From the NCBI GenBank assembly GCA_041743105.1, contig JBGTNI010000098.1:1848-65847 (forward strand): a DNA stretch of 64,000 bases, read 5' to 3'. The notes below the pieces were generated by a model, which did not search any database, had not been told where the DNA came from, and saw nothing but the letters and a program-made list of their open reading frames with translations. Position numbers and translations under genes: made by a program. Shown piece after piece: positions 35,836-45,661 of this stretch. Numbering within the stretch: position 1 is the stretch's first letter; the number at the start of each line of letters is the position of its first letter. Source of the stretch: Mycobacteriales bacterium (GTDB lineage: Bacteria > Actinomycetota > Actinomycetes > Mycobacteriales > QHCE01).

Positions 35836-36309
35836 TCATCCCGCGAGCGTTTGCCGCAGTTTGGCGACGTGGCCCTTGGCTTTGACGTTGTACATGGCGT
35901 GGCTGATGACCCCGTCGGCGTCGATGACGAACGTGGAGCGAATGACACCCACGGTAGTGCGCCCGTAGGAGCTCTTCTCCCCATAGGCGCCGTATGCGCG
36001 TAGCACGCTCTTGTCGGGGTCCGACACCAGCGGGAAGGTCAGGCCCTCCTTCTCCCGGAACTGGGCGAGTTTTTCGGAAGTGTCGGCTGAGATCCCGATC
36101 ACGTCGTAGTCGTCGGCAGCCAAGGCCTCGAGTGAATCTCGGAAGTCGCACGCTTGCGTGGTACAACCCGGTGTCATAGCGGCCGGATACGCGTAGAGCA
36201 CCACCTTGCGGCCACGAAAGTCGCTGAGCTTGACGCGGTCACCGCTGTCGTCTGCCAGGTCGAATTCTGGGGCGGGGTCGCCAGGGGAAAGCCGATTCGT
36301 GTCCGTCAT
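35836..36309 (-). CDS. bcp: thiol peroxidase Bcp (peroxiredoxin)
   Basis: APEFDLADDSGDRVKLSDFRGRKVVLYAYPAAMTPGCTTQACDFRD. ATG at 36309 gives 157 aa; the ORF-track upstream extension is rejected. Confidence 0.9.
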   Translation of the reverse strand: MTDTNRLSPGDPAPEFDLADDSGDRVKLSDFRGRKVVLYAYPAAMTPGCTTQACDFRDSLEALAADDYDVIGISADTSEKLAQFREKEGLTFPLVSDPDKSVLRAYGAYGEKSSYGRTTVGVIRSTFVIDADGVISHAMYNVKAKGHVAKLRQTLAG

Positions 36310-37309
36310 GGCCGTAAGCCTAGCGGTGTCAAGCGCTGTCGGTGTGGACGAACAGATGTGAGCACCGCTAAGGCAACGCAGTAGGCCGCGACGGCGCCGA
36401 CGGCCACTGCGGCGGGCAATCGTTCCAGTAACGGCGTGCTGGCGACGAGCACCGCGGCGAGCACAAGGTGCGGCGTATTCCATGCTCTGGAGTTGCGTCG
36501 CGCGAATGCGGCTCGGGCGAGCAGGAACAGCGCTACGCCGCAGGTGAGCGCCCACATCGCGATCCCGTGCAGGGAATCGCTCGGCGAGTGCTCTTCGATA
36601 TCGGCGACGTAGGTGAGGGCCTTCTTCAATCCGAGGGCGAGCAGCACGATGCCGGCCACCATCGGTAGATGCAGGAATGTATAGCCATCGCGGGCCAGCG
36701 CGATACGGGAATCTCCGCTAGCGGCAGACAGGGTCTGCACGGCTCCCGCGGTGGCATCGTCGAAATACACCCACCACAAGCTGGCCGCGATAGCCAGTCC
36801 CAACACCGAGGTGAGTACCACCAGCCACGACATCGGTTGTCCGGAGATTCCGATACCGATAGCGACGATGGACTCGCCGAGTGCGACGATGACGATCAAT
36901 CCATGACGCTCGGTGAAGTGCTCGGGCGAGTCGATTCGCCAGCCTCGATTACCGTTGACGAACGTGCCGATGTAGTCGACTGCCAGGGCAGCCGCCCACA
37001 GTCCGAGTTGGACTGCTCCATCCGTGAACGCGGCTGCCGCAAGGATCATCACCCGACGAGCATTGTCACGGTCACGCACTTTACTAATCAGTACGAAAGT
37101 AGCTAGATAAATACAGTCTTCTGACCTGCAAGTTTAGCTACTTTCGGCTGACTTAGTAACGATCTGCTCAGTACCACCGCGAGTAGCTTGGGGTCGTTAC
37201 GCCCGGCGATCGCGTAGGACATCAGGTGCAACGCCCGAACCGTGAGGTAGCAGCCGGCAAAGAACAGCGGTGCGTACAGTCCTTCGGATAGATCGTCGAA
37301 AGCCTCAAA
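36306..37309 (-). pseudogene. LtrA-family (low temperature requirement A) membrane protein, 5'-truncated and interrupted by the 98-nt repeat
   Basis: Downstream part (36306-37079) has WRIDSPEHFTERHGLIVIVALGESIVAIG. A 43-codon upstream fragment (37181-37309) reads ..YLTVRALHLMSYAIAGRNDPKLL. Deleting 37081-37178 joins the two fragments in frame. The family N-terminus (~90 aa) is absent, because the fragment starts right after the MFS stop codon. Confidence 0.55.
37081..37178 (-). repeat. ~100-nt nested-hairpin repeat, copy B (inverted relative to copy A)
   Basis: The reverse complement aligns with 13391-13490 with two 1-nt indels. Stem cgaaagtagcta (37094-37105) / tagctactttcg (37135-37146). 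Outer pair ttactaa / ttagtaa. Confidence 0.75.
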
Positions 37310-38809
37310 CTAGCGAATGGTGCGGTCAGTTGCGGACCGAGGCTCGGCACTGGCGAACGGCGTTGATGGCACCGCGCGTCGGCGTGGGACGAAGAGCGCT
37401 GCGAGCGCCGCCGCAACGGCCAGAGCGGCGCACACCCCGATCGCGATCGTGAAACCGTCGATGAACTCGGGCGCGGATTCGTAGCTTCCGGCGGCGGTGA
37501 ACGCTGCCACGAGGATCGCGACACCGAACACGCCGCCGAGTTCCTGTGTCGCGTTGTTCGCTCCGGATGCCTTGCCGATCGCGTCGGGGGCGACGGCGCC
37601 GATGACCACGTTCTGGACTACGGGGATCGCCATCGAGGCACCGATCCCAGTGACGATCAGCGGCAGGACCAGGGAGGAATACGCCAGATCGGGCGCGGGG
37701 ATCATCGCCAGCCAGGCCAGGCCGGCCGCTTGCAGGGCAAGCCCGCCGACCAGGATGGGGCGATCACCGAAACGGTCGGCCAGCGCTCCGGCCAGTGGCG
37801 CAACGACGAGCAGCGTGGCGGTCCAGGGGATCAGGCGAAGCCCGGCCTCCGCCGGGGTGTAGCCCAGGCCGGTCTGCATGAACTGGGCGAGGAAGAACAC
37901 TGAGCCATAGAGCGCGGCAAACAGGAACAGGCTCGCCGCGGTGCCGGCCGCAAACCCTCGGGAGCAGAACAAACGCATCGGCAGCATCGGCTCACGGGCG
38001 CGGATCTCGACGACGACGAACGCGATCATCAGCAGGATGCCGGCTGTCAGCGCAACCACGATCTCAGGGTTGGACCAGCCGGCGGCGTTGCCGCGCACGA
38101 GCCCCCAGACCAGGCCGAACGCACCAGCTGTGACCAGGGCGAGACCGCGGATGTCGAGACTGGTGTCGGAGCCGTGGCTCTCCTCGATCCGGCGCAGCAC
38201 GAGCGGGATGGTGAGTAGCGCGATCGGGACGTTGAACCAGAAGATCCACTCCCAGCCGATCGTCTGGGCGATGATGCCGCCAACGGGCGGGCCGGCGATG
38301 GTGGCCAGTCCAGTGATGCCTTCGAAGAGCCCCAGCGCTCGTCCCCGGCGCTCGGCCGCGACCGCAGCGCTGAGCAGTGCCACCGCCAGTGGCAGTACCA
38401 GTGCCGCTCCCGCGCCCTGGACGGTGCGACTGGCGATCAGCCATCCCACGTCCGGTGAGAGCGCGCACCCCGCCGACGCGGCAGCGAACAGACCCAGTCC
38501 GATCGTGAACACCCGCCGACGTCCGAAGCGGTCACCCAGCGCCGCGCCGGCCATCAGCAGCACAGCGAAGCTCAGGCCGTAAGCGGTGACCGTCCACTGC
38601 AGCTGCTCGATCGAGGTCCCGAGGTCAAGGCGAATCGTGGTCAGCGCGGTCGACACCACCAGCAGGTCGAGCGCGACCATGAGCGAGGCCACCGAGGTCA
38701 GGGCCAGGACCCACACCGTCGAAGAGTTCGAGGTTCTGTTCATGGGGTCGGGCGGGGTTACGGTGTTCGTATTCATCTCCGGTCCTTCTATTGGGAGTGA
38801 CAAGCTCAT
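37310..38809 (-). CDS. MFS transporter, 14-TM DHA2 (EmrB/QacA) type
   Basis: VALDLLVVSTAL, GALGDRFGRRRVF motif A and 14 hydrophobic segments. Confidence 0.85.
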   Translation of the reverse strand: MSLSLPIEGPEMNTNTVTPPDPMNRTSNSSTVWVLALTSVASLMVALDLLVVSTALTTIRLDLGTSIEQLQWTVTAYGLSFAVLLMAGAALGDRFGRRRVFTIGLGLFAAASAGCALSPDVGWLIASRTVQGAGAALVLPLAVALLSAAVAAERRGRALGLFEGITGLATIAGPPVGGIIAQTIGWEWIFWFNVPIALLTIPLVLRRIEESHGSDTSLDIRGLALVTAGAFGLVWGLVRGNAAGWSNPEIVVALTAGILLMIAFVVVEIRAREPMLPMRLFCSRGFAAGTAASLFLFAALYGSVFFLAQFMQTGLGYTPAEAGLRLIPWTATLLVVAPLAGALADRFGDRPILVGGLALQAAGLAWLAMIPAPDLAYSSLVLPLIVTGIGASMAIPVVQNVVIGAVAPDAIGKASGANNATQELGGVFGVAILVAAFTAAGSYESAPEFIDGFTIAIGVCAALAVAAALAALFVPRRRAVPSTPFASAEPRSATDRTIR

Positions 38810-38996
38810 CTGGATAGACCCGAGACGCGGGGAAAACTCATCGGTTCAGCGATGAGCGTCTCCCCCGTTTGATCGGTGCTCGTCACGGCGTGGAACCGAA
38901 TTGTTGAAAAGGCAGCGGATGACCGATGAGTTTGTCCGTGTCGCGCGGTCTAACTGCCGAAAGGCAAAACAAAACCCAACGAAGAAGGAGGGCGCA

Positions 38997-39737
38997 ATGA
39001 CGCTTCCGAAGGTTGTGTCCCGCGACGAGTGGTTGGTTGCACGCAAGGAGTTGCTGACCAAGGAGAAGGAAGCCACCCGGGCGCGCGACACGTTAAACGC
39101 CGAGCGCCGCAGGCTGCCGATGGTGGAGATCGACAAGAAATACGTCTTCGAGGGCCCGGACGGCGCGGTGAAACTGCTCGACCTGTTCAACGGGCATCGC
39201 CAGCTCATCGTCTATCACTTCATGTTCTCACCGGAGTGGGACGAGGGCTGCCAAAGCTGTTCATTGTTGGTTGACAACATCGGTCACCTTGCCCACTTGC
39301 ACGCGCTTGACACCTCGCTGTGCGTGATTTCACGTGCGCCGTTGGCGAAGATCGAGCCGTTCAAGAACCGGATGGGGTGGACGTTTCCGTGGTACTCCTC
39401 GTACGGCAGCGACTTCAACTACGACTTCCATATTGCCCAAGACGAGCTCGTTGCTCCCGTTGAGTACAACTACCGGGACAAGGCCACGCTTGAACAGGCG
39501 GGAGAAACCTGGTCCTTGGAGGGCGAACAGCCGGGCGTGAGTGTCTTTCTCCGCGACGGCGAGCGCGTCTTTCACACCTACTCAACCTATGCGCGCGGGG
39601 GCGATGTGCTCATCGGCACGTACAACTACCTCGATCTGACGCCGCTCGGTCGGCAGGAAGACTGGGAGCAGCCTGCCGGCCGCGGCGACGGCCCATTTAT
39701 GTGGTGGGTTCGCCACCATGACAAGTACGACATCTAG
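38997..39737 (+). CDS. DUF899 thioredoxin-like protein
   Basis: MTLPKVVSRDEWLVARKELLTKEKEATRARDTLNAERRRLPMV ... CQSCS ... FPWYSS. GAAGGAGGG Shine-Dalgarno lies before the ATG at 38997. Confidence 0.85.
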   Translation: MTLPKVVSRDEWLVARKELLTKEKEATRARDTLNAERRRLPMVEIDKKYVFEGPDGAVKLLDLFNGHRQLIVYHFMFSPEWDEGCQSCSLLVDNIGHLAHLHALDTSLCVISRAPLAKIEPFKNRMGWTFPWYSSYGSDFNYDFHIAQDELVAPVEYNYRDKATLEQAGETWSLEGEQPGVSVFLRDGERVFHTYSTYARGGDVLIGTYNYLDLTPLGRQEDWEQPAGRGDGPFMWWVRHHDKYDI

Positions 39738-39782
39738 AAACGAGCCTAGAAAAACCTAGATACCTAGAAAGGTAGTGAGACT

Positions 39783-40571
39783 ATGAGGAAATCGAGTCTG
39801 GACAGCATCTTGCTTGCCAGTACCAACCCCGAGCGCCTTCACGCCTGGTACGTTGCCGCGCTGGAGCCCGAGGAAGACGTAATGGTAGACAGCTACCGCG
39901 TTTTGAAGTTCGGTCAATTCCATGTGCTGATTGACAGTCGCACCGATGTCGCCGACCGCAATCTCGAGCCCGGCCGGATGATCCTCAACTTTGACGTAGC
40001 TGACGCCCGCGCCATCGCCACTCGCCTTGACGACATGAGCGTGGCGTGGTCGGCTGAACTTGAGGATCGAGAGGGCAGCCTGTTCGCCACCGCGCTCGAC
40101 CCAGACGGTAACTACGTCCAAATCATTCAGCTCAGTAAAGAACATCGCGCGGCGATGGAGAAAGTAAGCGACGACGGAGGAATCATGTTTACTAACACCA
40201 GGGCATTCGGCGGCTTCTCGGTAAACGATCTACAGCAGGCGAGGCGGTTTTACGGCGACACTCTCGGTCTGAAGACGTCTGATGTGAAAATGCCCGAGGG
40301 GTACAGCCTGCTGACCCTGCATATTGCCGGTGGCAGCGATGTGCTGGTCTACCCCAAACCCGATCACACCCCGGCGACGTTCACCATCCTCAACTTCCCA
40401 GTGAGCGACATCGACAAGGCCGTCGACGCGCTGGCCGAGCGCGGAGTGCGCTTCGAGCGCTACGACAGCTTCGACCATGACTCCAAGGGCATTCACCGTG
40501 GTGGAGGTCCATTGATCGCGTGGTTCAAAGACCCCGCCGGCAATGTCTTGTCCGTAATTGAAGAAGACTGA
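39783..40571 (+). CDS. two-domain VOC (glyoxalase/bleomycin-resistance) family protein
   Basis: Two repeated beta-alpha-beta-beta-beta modules ending [10 protein letters not shown] and [10 protein letters not shown]. Confidence 0.75.
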   Translation: MRKSSLDSILLASTNPERLHAWYVAALEPEEDVMVDSYRVLKFGQFHVLIDSRTDVADRNLEPGRMILNFDVADARAIATRLDDMSVAWSAELEDREGSLFATALDPDGNYVQIIQLSKEHRAAMEKVSDDGGIMFTNTRAFGGFSVNDLQQARRFYGDTLGLKTSDVKMPEGYSLLTLHIAGGSDVLVYPKPDHTPATFTILNFPVSDIDKAVDALAERGVRFERYDSFDHDSKGIHRGGGPLIAWFKDPAGNVLSVIEED

Positions 40572-40640
40572 ACTGTTCTGGCCGAGCCCACAGGTCTCGT
40601 CGCGGCTCGGCCGGGAGGGTAGGAAGGAAGAGCGGTAGCC

Positions 40641-41618
40641 ATGGCAGGCAAAGCGGTCAAGGAAGACTTCCCACATCAGGCCGACCGGTTCCGGCGCGAG
40701 CTTCTTGCGCACTGTTACCGCATGCTCGGCTCGGTGCACGACGCGGAGGATCTGGTTCAAGAAACGTATCTGCGGGCGTGGCGCTCCTACGACGCGTTCG
40801 AGGGACGGTCATCGCTGCGAACCTGGCTCTATCGGATCGCGACCACCGCGTGCCTGACCGCGCTGGAGGGCCGCGGCCGCCGACCGCTACCCACTGGTCT
40901 GGGGAGTCCTAGTTCCGAACCTACCGATACCTTGGTGGAACGACAGGAGGTGCCGTGGCTCGAGCCGATACCCGGTTCCTTGGTCGGCGCTGAAGGGGCC
41001 GACCCCGCCTCGATCGTCGCCTCACGAGACAGCATTCGGCTCGCCTTCATCGCCGCGTTGCAACATCTACCACCTCGACAACGTGCTGTCCTGCTGCTGC
41101 GAGATGTTTTGAAATGGCGAGCCGCCGAGGTCGCCGAGGCACTCGACATCACCACGACCGCTGTCAACAGCATCTTGCAACGGGCCCGGGCCCAACTCGA
41201 TCAGGCGGCACCGAAGGAGGATGACGTCGTCGAGCCCACGACGCAGGACCAGCGTGAACTGTTGCGGAGTTACGTTACGGCGTTCGAAGCTAAAGATATC
41301 GCCGCCATCGAGAAGCTGTTCACCTCCGACGCCGTGTGGGAGATGCCGCCGTTCACGGCCTGGTATCAAGGTCCTGAGCGCATCTCCCGTCTGGTCGACA
41401 CACAATGCCCTAGTCAGCCGGGCGACCTTCGACTACTCGCTACCGAGGCTAACGGCCAGCCGGCGTTCGGGGTGTACATGCGTGATGACGATGACGTCCA
41501 TCGAGCTTTCAACCTAAACGTGCTCACCCTTACCCCATCGGGGGTCAGTCACGTCGCCGCGTTCTTCGACCTTCGGCTGTTCGGGGCCTTTGGCTTACCG
41601 CGGACCCTGCCCGCTTAG
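40641..41618 (+). CDS. ECF-type sigma-70 factor with C-terminal SnoaL-like domain (TIGR02960-like)
   Basis: FRRELLAHCYRMLGSVHDAEDLVQETYLRAWRSYDAFEGRSSLRTWLYRIATTACL, VPWLEPIP, region 4 LPPRQRAVLLLRDVLKWRAAEVAEAL and a ~130-aa NTF2-like tail. Confidence 0.85.
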   Translation: MAGKAVKEDFPHQADRFRRELLAHCYRMLGSVHDAEDLVQETYLRAWRSYDAFEGRSSLRTWLYRIATTACLTALEGRGRRPLPTGLGSPSSEPTDTLVERQEVPWLEPIPGSLVGAEGADPASIVASRDSIRLAFIAALQHLPPRQRAVLLLRDVLKWRAAEVAEALDITTTAVNSILQRARAQLDQAAPKEDDVVEPTTQDQRELLRSYVTAFEAKDIAAIEKLFTSDAVWEMPPFTAWYQGPERISRLVDTQCPSQPGDLRLLATEANGQPAFGVYMRDDDDVHRAFNLNVLTLTPSGVSHVAAFFDLRLFGAFGLPRTLPA

Positions 41619-41634
41619 CTGTTGGGGCTGACCG

Positions 41635-42267
41635 ATGATGACCCACGAGCCGGCCACCGCCTCGCTGACAGGCGGAGTCGCCCTGCTCGAGCGCGCGACC
41701 AACTACGCCTTAGGCTGCCTTCACCTCGTCACTCCGCATGCCTTGTCGAACTCCACGCCCTGCCACGGCTGGGATCTGCGAACCTTGTTAAGGCATATGG
41801 AAGCTTCTCTGACGGCGCTGCTCGAGGCCGTCGAGATAGGGCATGTCGACCTCGATCCGTTTGAGGATGTGGGCGATCCGACCGTCGATCCCGTTGGCAT
41901 CGATCCCACCGAAACGCTGCGCGATCGTGCCTGCCGGTTGCTCGGGGCGTGGGTGAACGCCGACGGTGACAGTGCAGGCCGCGGGGCCGGCCACGGCACG
42001 ATATCTATCGCGGGGTGCTCACTCGCTACCAGCATTGTGACGGGCGCCGGTGCCCTGGAGCTCGCCGTACACGGGTGGGACATCGCCCAAGCGTGCGGGC
42101 GTCACCGTCCGATTCCACGATCGCTTGCCGAGGAGATGTTCCAGCTCGCGCCGCTGTTCGTCACGGACGCCGATCGGCCCGCACGGTTCTCTCCGTCCGT
42201 TCACGTTTCGCCATTGGCCGATCCGGGGGACCGGCTGATTGCCTTCCTCGGTCGGCACCTTGGCTAG
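41635..42267 (+). CDS. mycothiol-dependent maleylpyruvate-isomerase-N-terminal (DinB-like) family protein
   Basis: PCHGWDLRTLLRHM and ELAVHGWDIAQA blocks as in the TIGR03086-type proteins that commonly follow this sigma factor class. Confidence 0.65.
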   Translation: MMTHEPATASLTGGVALLERATNYALGCLHLVTPHALSNSTPCHGWDLRTLLRHMEASLTALLEAVEIGHVDLDPFEDVGDPTVDPVGIDPTETLRDRACRLLGAWVNADGDSAGRGAGHGTISIAGCSLATSIVTGAGALELAVHGWDIAQACGRHRPIPRSLAEEMFQLAPLFVTDADRPARFSPSVHVSPLADPGDRLIAFLGRHLG

Positions 42268-42270
42268 TTG

Positions 42271-43764
42271 TCATCGATCGCGTGCAAACGGATGTATCTG
42301 GGGTCCACCGATACCGCAGTGATTGCACTGTTCGATCCGAACGCGTTCGGCGGACTCCGCGGTTGCGCCAGTCTCACTCGGCTCGTCGGGCATTACACCG
42401 GGTGTTGCTCGGATCGTGCCGAAGGCGACAACTGCGGCGGTCACAAAGAGCGCCGCGCAGATCAGCATCGCGGTATCGAAGCCATCGTCGAACGCCGCCG
42501 GTTCGGTGTAGTCGTTGCCGGAGATTCCGGCGACTACGGGTACGACTGCGACCGTGAGCAGCCCGGCGGCTCGGGCGATAGCGTTGTTGACTCCGGAGGC
42601 TACGCCGGCGTGGCGGTCGGAAGCGGAGCCGAGCACAGTGGCGGTCAGCGGTGCCACCGTGAGCGACAAACCCAGCCCAAAGACCACCATGGCGGGCAGT
42701 ACAGCGGAGGCGTAGCTGGCGTCGGTGTCGATGCGCAGCAGCAATAACGCACCGACCGCGCAGAGTAACGGCCCCAGCGACATGGGAATCCTCGGTCCGA
42801 TGCGCTGCGCGAGCGCACCGGTGCGCGCCGACAAGACCAGCATCAGCGCGGTGACCGGAAGCAGCGCCGCTCCGGCCAGCAGCGCGGTGAATCCGGAGAC
42901 GACCTGTAGCTGGAGCACCAGCAGTACCAGCATCACACCCAAGCCGCCGTAGACCAGCAGGGTCACTGCGTTTGCGGCGTTGAATTGGGCGTTGCGAAAC
43001 ATCTCCGGCGCTACCAGCGGATGCTCCGAACGGCGTTGGACCACGGCGAAGGCGGCCAACGCGGCGACGCCGGTTACCCAGACGCCGATCACCGATGGGC
43101 TCGCACCGGATTCACCGACCGCCGTGAGTGCATAAGTCAGGCCGGCAAGCCCCAGTACGACGAGCGTTGCACCCGTCACGTCGAGCTTGGCCGAGGCCCG
43201 TCGATCGCGAGACTCGGGGACGTGTCGGGATGCGATTAGCACGATGACGACCGCGACCGGAAGGTTGATCAAAAAAACCCATCGCCAGCTCCATTCCAGC
43301 AGAACACCGCCGAGCAGCGGACCAATGGCCGCCGCGACGCCGCCGAGTCCAGACCATGCGCCGATCGCCGCGACGCGATCGGTTCGAGCGAACGACGCGG
43401 AGATGATGGCGAGACTGCCAGGAGTCAGTAGCGCGCCGCCGACGCCCTGTAGCGCCCGGGCAGCTATCAGCCACTCCGCGTTGGGCGCCGCGCCACACAG
43501 CGCCGATGCCACGGCAAACCACACCACTCCGATCACGAAGATTCGGCGACGGCCATAGCGATCGCCCAGCGATCCGCCGAGCAGAATCAGAGATGCCAGA
43601 GTCAGCGTGTAGGCGTTAACCGTCCATTGCAGCGCGGCAAAGCTCGTACCGAACTCCGCGCCGATGTCACGCAGCGCGACGTTGACCACGGTGGAGTCCA
43701 GTAACGCCAGGCCCGAACCTAGTACGGTGGCGGCGAGCACCCACCGGCCACCGGCGCTGCCCAT
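42271..43764 (-). CDS. MFS transporter, 14-TM DHA2 type
   Basis: LALLDSTVVNVAL, GSLGDRYGRRRIF and 14 hydrophobic segments. Confidence 0.85.
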   Translation of the reverse strand: MGSAGGRWVLAATVLGSGLALLDSTVVNVALRDIGAEFGTSFAALQWTVNAYTLTLASLILLGGSLGDRYGRRRIFVIGVVWFAVASALCGAAPNAEWLIAARALQGVGGALLTPGSLAIISASFARTDRVAAIGAWSGLGGVAAAIGPLLGGVLLEWSWRWVFLINLPVAVVIVLIASRHVPESRDRRASAKLDVTGATLVVLGLAGLTYALTAVGESGASPSVIGVWVTGVAALAAFAVVQRRSEHPLVAPEMFRNAQFNAANAVTLLVYGGLGVMLVLLVLQLQVVSGFTALLAGAALLPVTALMLVLSARTGALAQRIGPRIPMSLGPLLCAVGALLLLRIDTDASYASAVLPAMVVFGLGLSLTVAPLTATVLGSASDRHAGVASGVNNAIARAAGLLTVAVVPVVAGISGNDYTEPAAFDDGFDTAMLICAALFVTAAVVAFGTIRATPGVMPDEPSETGATAESAERVRIEQCNHCGIGGPQIHPFARDR

Positions 43765-43773
43765 CCGTAGCGC

Positions 43774-43820
43774 CGGTTGTGTCGTTGCTGCTGGCCGATG
43801 CAGAGCTCGTTTCCCTCCGG
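43774..43820. repeat. 47-nt direct repeat, copy 1: relic of a VOC-gene 3' end
   Basis: cggttgtgtcgttgctgctggccgatgcagagctcgtttccctccgg matches 45614-45661 with about 5 mismatches and 1 indel. The minus strand encodes PEGNELCIGQQQ without a stop. Confidence 0.7.
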
Positions 43821-43847
43821 TTGGGGTGGTGGCGGGTGACGGGAGGG

Positions 43848-45533
43848 TTAGTCCAGGGCTGCCAACTGCTCGCGCAATGTGTCCAGTCCCATGCCGCCCA
43901 GTTTAAGCGCGCGGGTGTGGAAATCCTTGATGTCGAAGGAATTCCCTTGCCGCCGTTGGGCGTCGTCGCGGGCCGCGAGCCACAGCCGCTCGCCGATCTT
44001 GTACGCCGGAGCCTGACCGGGCCAGCCCAGGTAGCGGTCGATCTCGTCGTGCACGTGGGCGATGTCGGTGATGGTGCGCGTGAGCATGAACTCCAGTCCC
44101 AACTCGGGCGTCCAGCGCTCGCCCTCTCGAAATCCCGTCCCGGCCGGAATCTTCAGCTCCAGGTGCATGCCGAGGTCAACGATCACCCTGGCCGCGCGGA
44201 ACAGCTGTCCCGAGAGCATGCCCAGCAACTCGCCGTCGTCGTTGAGGAAGCCGAGGTCGCGCATGAGCCGCTCCGCGTACAGTGCCCAACCTTCACCGTG
44301 GCCTGAGGTGAACGCCATCAGTCTCTGATACTTGTTTAAGGAGGCAGCCCGGTATATCGCAGTGCCGATCTGCAGATGGTGGCCGGGCACGCCCTCGTGG
44401 TAGACGCCGGTAACCTCGCGCCAGGTCGAGAACTCGGTCTTGCCCGAGGCCAGCGACCACCACATGCGGCCCGGTCGGCTGAAATCCTCGCTCGGCGCGG
44501 TGTAGTACGCACCTACCCCGCCGCCGGGCGGCGCGATCTTGCACTCGAGCGACATGAGCGCATCGGGAATGTCGAAGTGCTTGCCCCGCAAAGACTTCAA
44601 TGCGTTGTCCGAAAGGCCCTGCATCCACTCTCCGAACGCATCCTGGCCCTGGACGAGGTAACGCTCGTCGGCGTCGAGCGCGGCTGCGGTCTCGGCAAGG
44701 GTCGCACCAGGTTTGATCCGGCCGGCGACCTCGACCATCTCCGCCTCGATCCGCGAGAACTCCGCCCAGCCCCACTCGTAGGCCTCTCTCAGGTCGAGCA
44801 CCGCACCGGTGAAGTACCGCGACCACAGCCGGTAAACGGCCTCACCAACGGCGTCCTTCGTCGGTGCCCGGGGTGCGAGCTCAGCGCGCAGGAACCCGGC
44901 GAGCTCCGCGTAGGCCTCTTGCGCCGTACGGGCGTGACGGTCGAGTTCCCCGGGCAGCTTCCCGGCAATACCCTTCGCCCCAGAAATCAGCGCCGTGAAG
45001 AACCCGTCCTCACCATGCAGGCCGGCCCAGGTTTCCGCCTGCTCGGCCACCTTGGCGACCTGGCGCAACGCGGACACCTGGCCCCTGTCTGCGGCGGCGA
45101 GCAGGGACGCACGAACGCCGAAGAGCCCCGCGGGCACCTTCGCGAGCCGGGCGGCGATGACGGCCCACTGCTCAGCCGTATCGGTCGGCATCAGGTCGAA
45201 GATCATACGCAGGTGCTGCACCGGGCTCGAGATCACATTCAGCGAGGCCAGATCGAGACCGGCTTCGTGGATCTCGGACTCCAGCTCGACCCGTTCGATG
45301 AAGACCGCCTTCGCGACCCGCTCACCGTCGTCTGTCGGCTCGACCGCTCCGATGGCCTGGAGCGCGCGGCGGGCGATCGAAGCCCTGGCTGCGTGCCCCT
45401 CTGGTGAGTAGTCGGTCAACTGATCGTCGTAACCGGAGATACCCATTGCGGTCGCCGCAACAGGATCGGCCGCCGCGTACTCGTCGACGAACCTGTCACA
45501 GATCTGATGCACGCCCTGCTGTTGGGAAGCCAT
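43848..45533 (-). CDS. DUF885-family protein (metallopeptidase-like)
   Basis: YHEGVPGHHLQ motif; length and blocks are typical of DUF885. Confidence 0.85.
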   Translation of the reverse strand: MASQQQGVHQICDRFVDEYAAADPVAATAMGISGYDDQLTDYSPEGHAARASIARRALQAIGAVEPTDDGERVAKAVFIERVELESEIHEAGLDLASLNVISSPVQHLRMIFDLMPTDTAEQWAVIAARLAKVPAGLFGVRASLLAAADRGQVSALRQVAKVAEQAETWAGLHGEDGFFTALISGAKGIAGKLPGELDRHARTAQEAYAELAGFLRAELAPRAPTKDAVGEAVYRLWSRYFTGAVLDLREAYEWGWAEFSRIEAEMVEVAGRIKPGATLAETAAALDADERYLVQGQDAFGEWMQGLSDNALKSLRGKHFDIPDALMSLECKIAPPGGGVGAYYTAPSEDFSRPGRMWWSLASGKTEFSTWREVTGVYHEGVPGHHLQIGTAIYRAASLNKYQRLMAFTSGHGEGWALYAERLMRDLGFLNDDGELLGMLSGQLFRAARVIVDLGMHLELKIPAGTGFREGERWTPELGLEFMLTRTITDIAHVHDEIDRYLGWPGQAPAYKIGERLWLAARDDAQRRQGNSFDIKDFHTRALKLGGMGLDTLREQLAALD

Positions 45534-45613
45534 GGCTGCACGCTATTGGATCGCTCCGCACCCGCGCCACTCGATGTGTGGGTAGGAGGAATCCGAGCCG
45601 CCCATCCGCAGCA

Positions 45614-45661
45614 CGGATTGTGTTATTGCTGCTGGCCGATGCAGAACTCGTTTCCTTCCGG
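45614..45661. repeat. 48-nt direct repeat, copy 2: 3' end plus stop and 12 nt downstream of the VOC gene
   Basis: cggattgtgttattgctgctggccgatgcagaactcgtttccttccgg. The minus strand encodes PEGNEFCIGQQQ-stop of the 45623-45976 gene. Confidence 0.7.

Noticed and set aside
13391-37178. 23.8-kb segment bounded by the inverted 100-nt repeats, read as a composite transposon or invertible segment
   Set aside because: No transposase, integrase or invertase gene lies inside. The content is largely housekeeping (Moco biosynthesis, bcp, NDH-2). Copy B is explained better as a simple insertion in ltrA, because excision restores the frame. Inversion between copies cannot be excluded without comparative genomes.
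37310-37312. In-frame TAG between the MFS transporter and the LtrA fragment, read as stop-codon read-through or a fusion protein
   Set aside because: Sharing a frame has a 1-in-3 chance expectation. The MFS C-terminal tail looks complete. The LtrA part is itself disrupted downstream.
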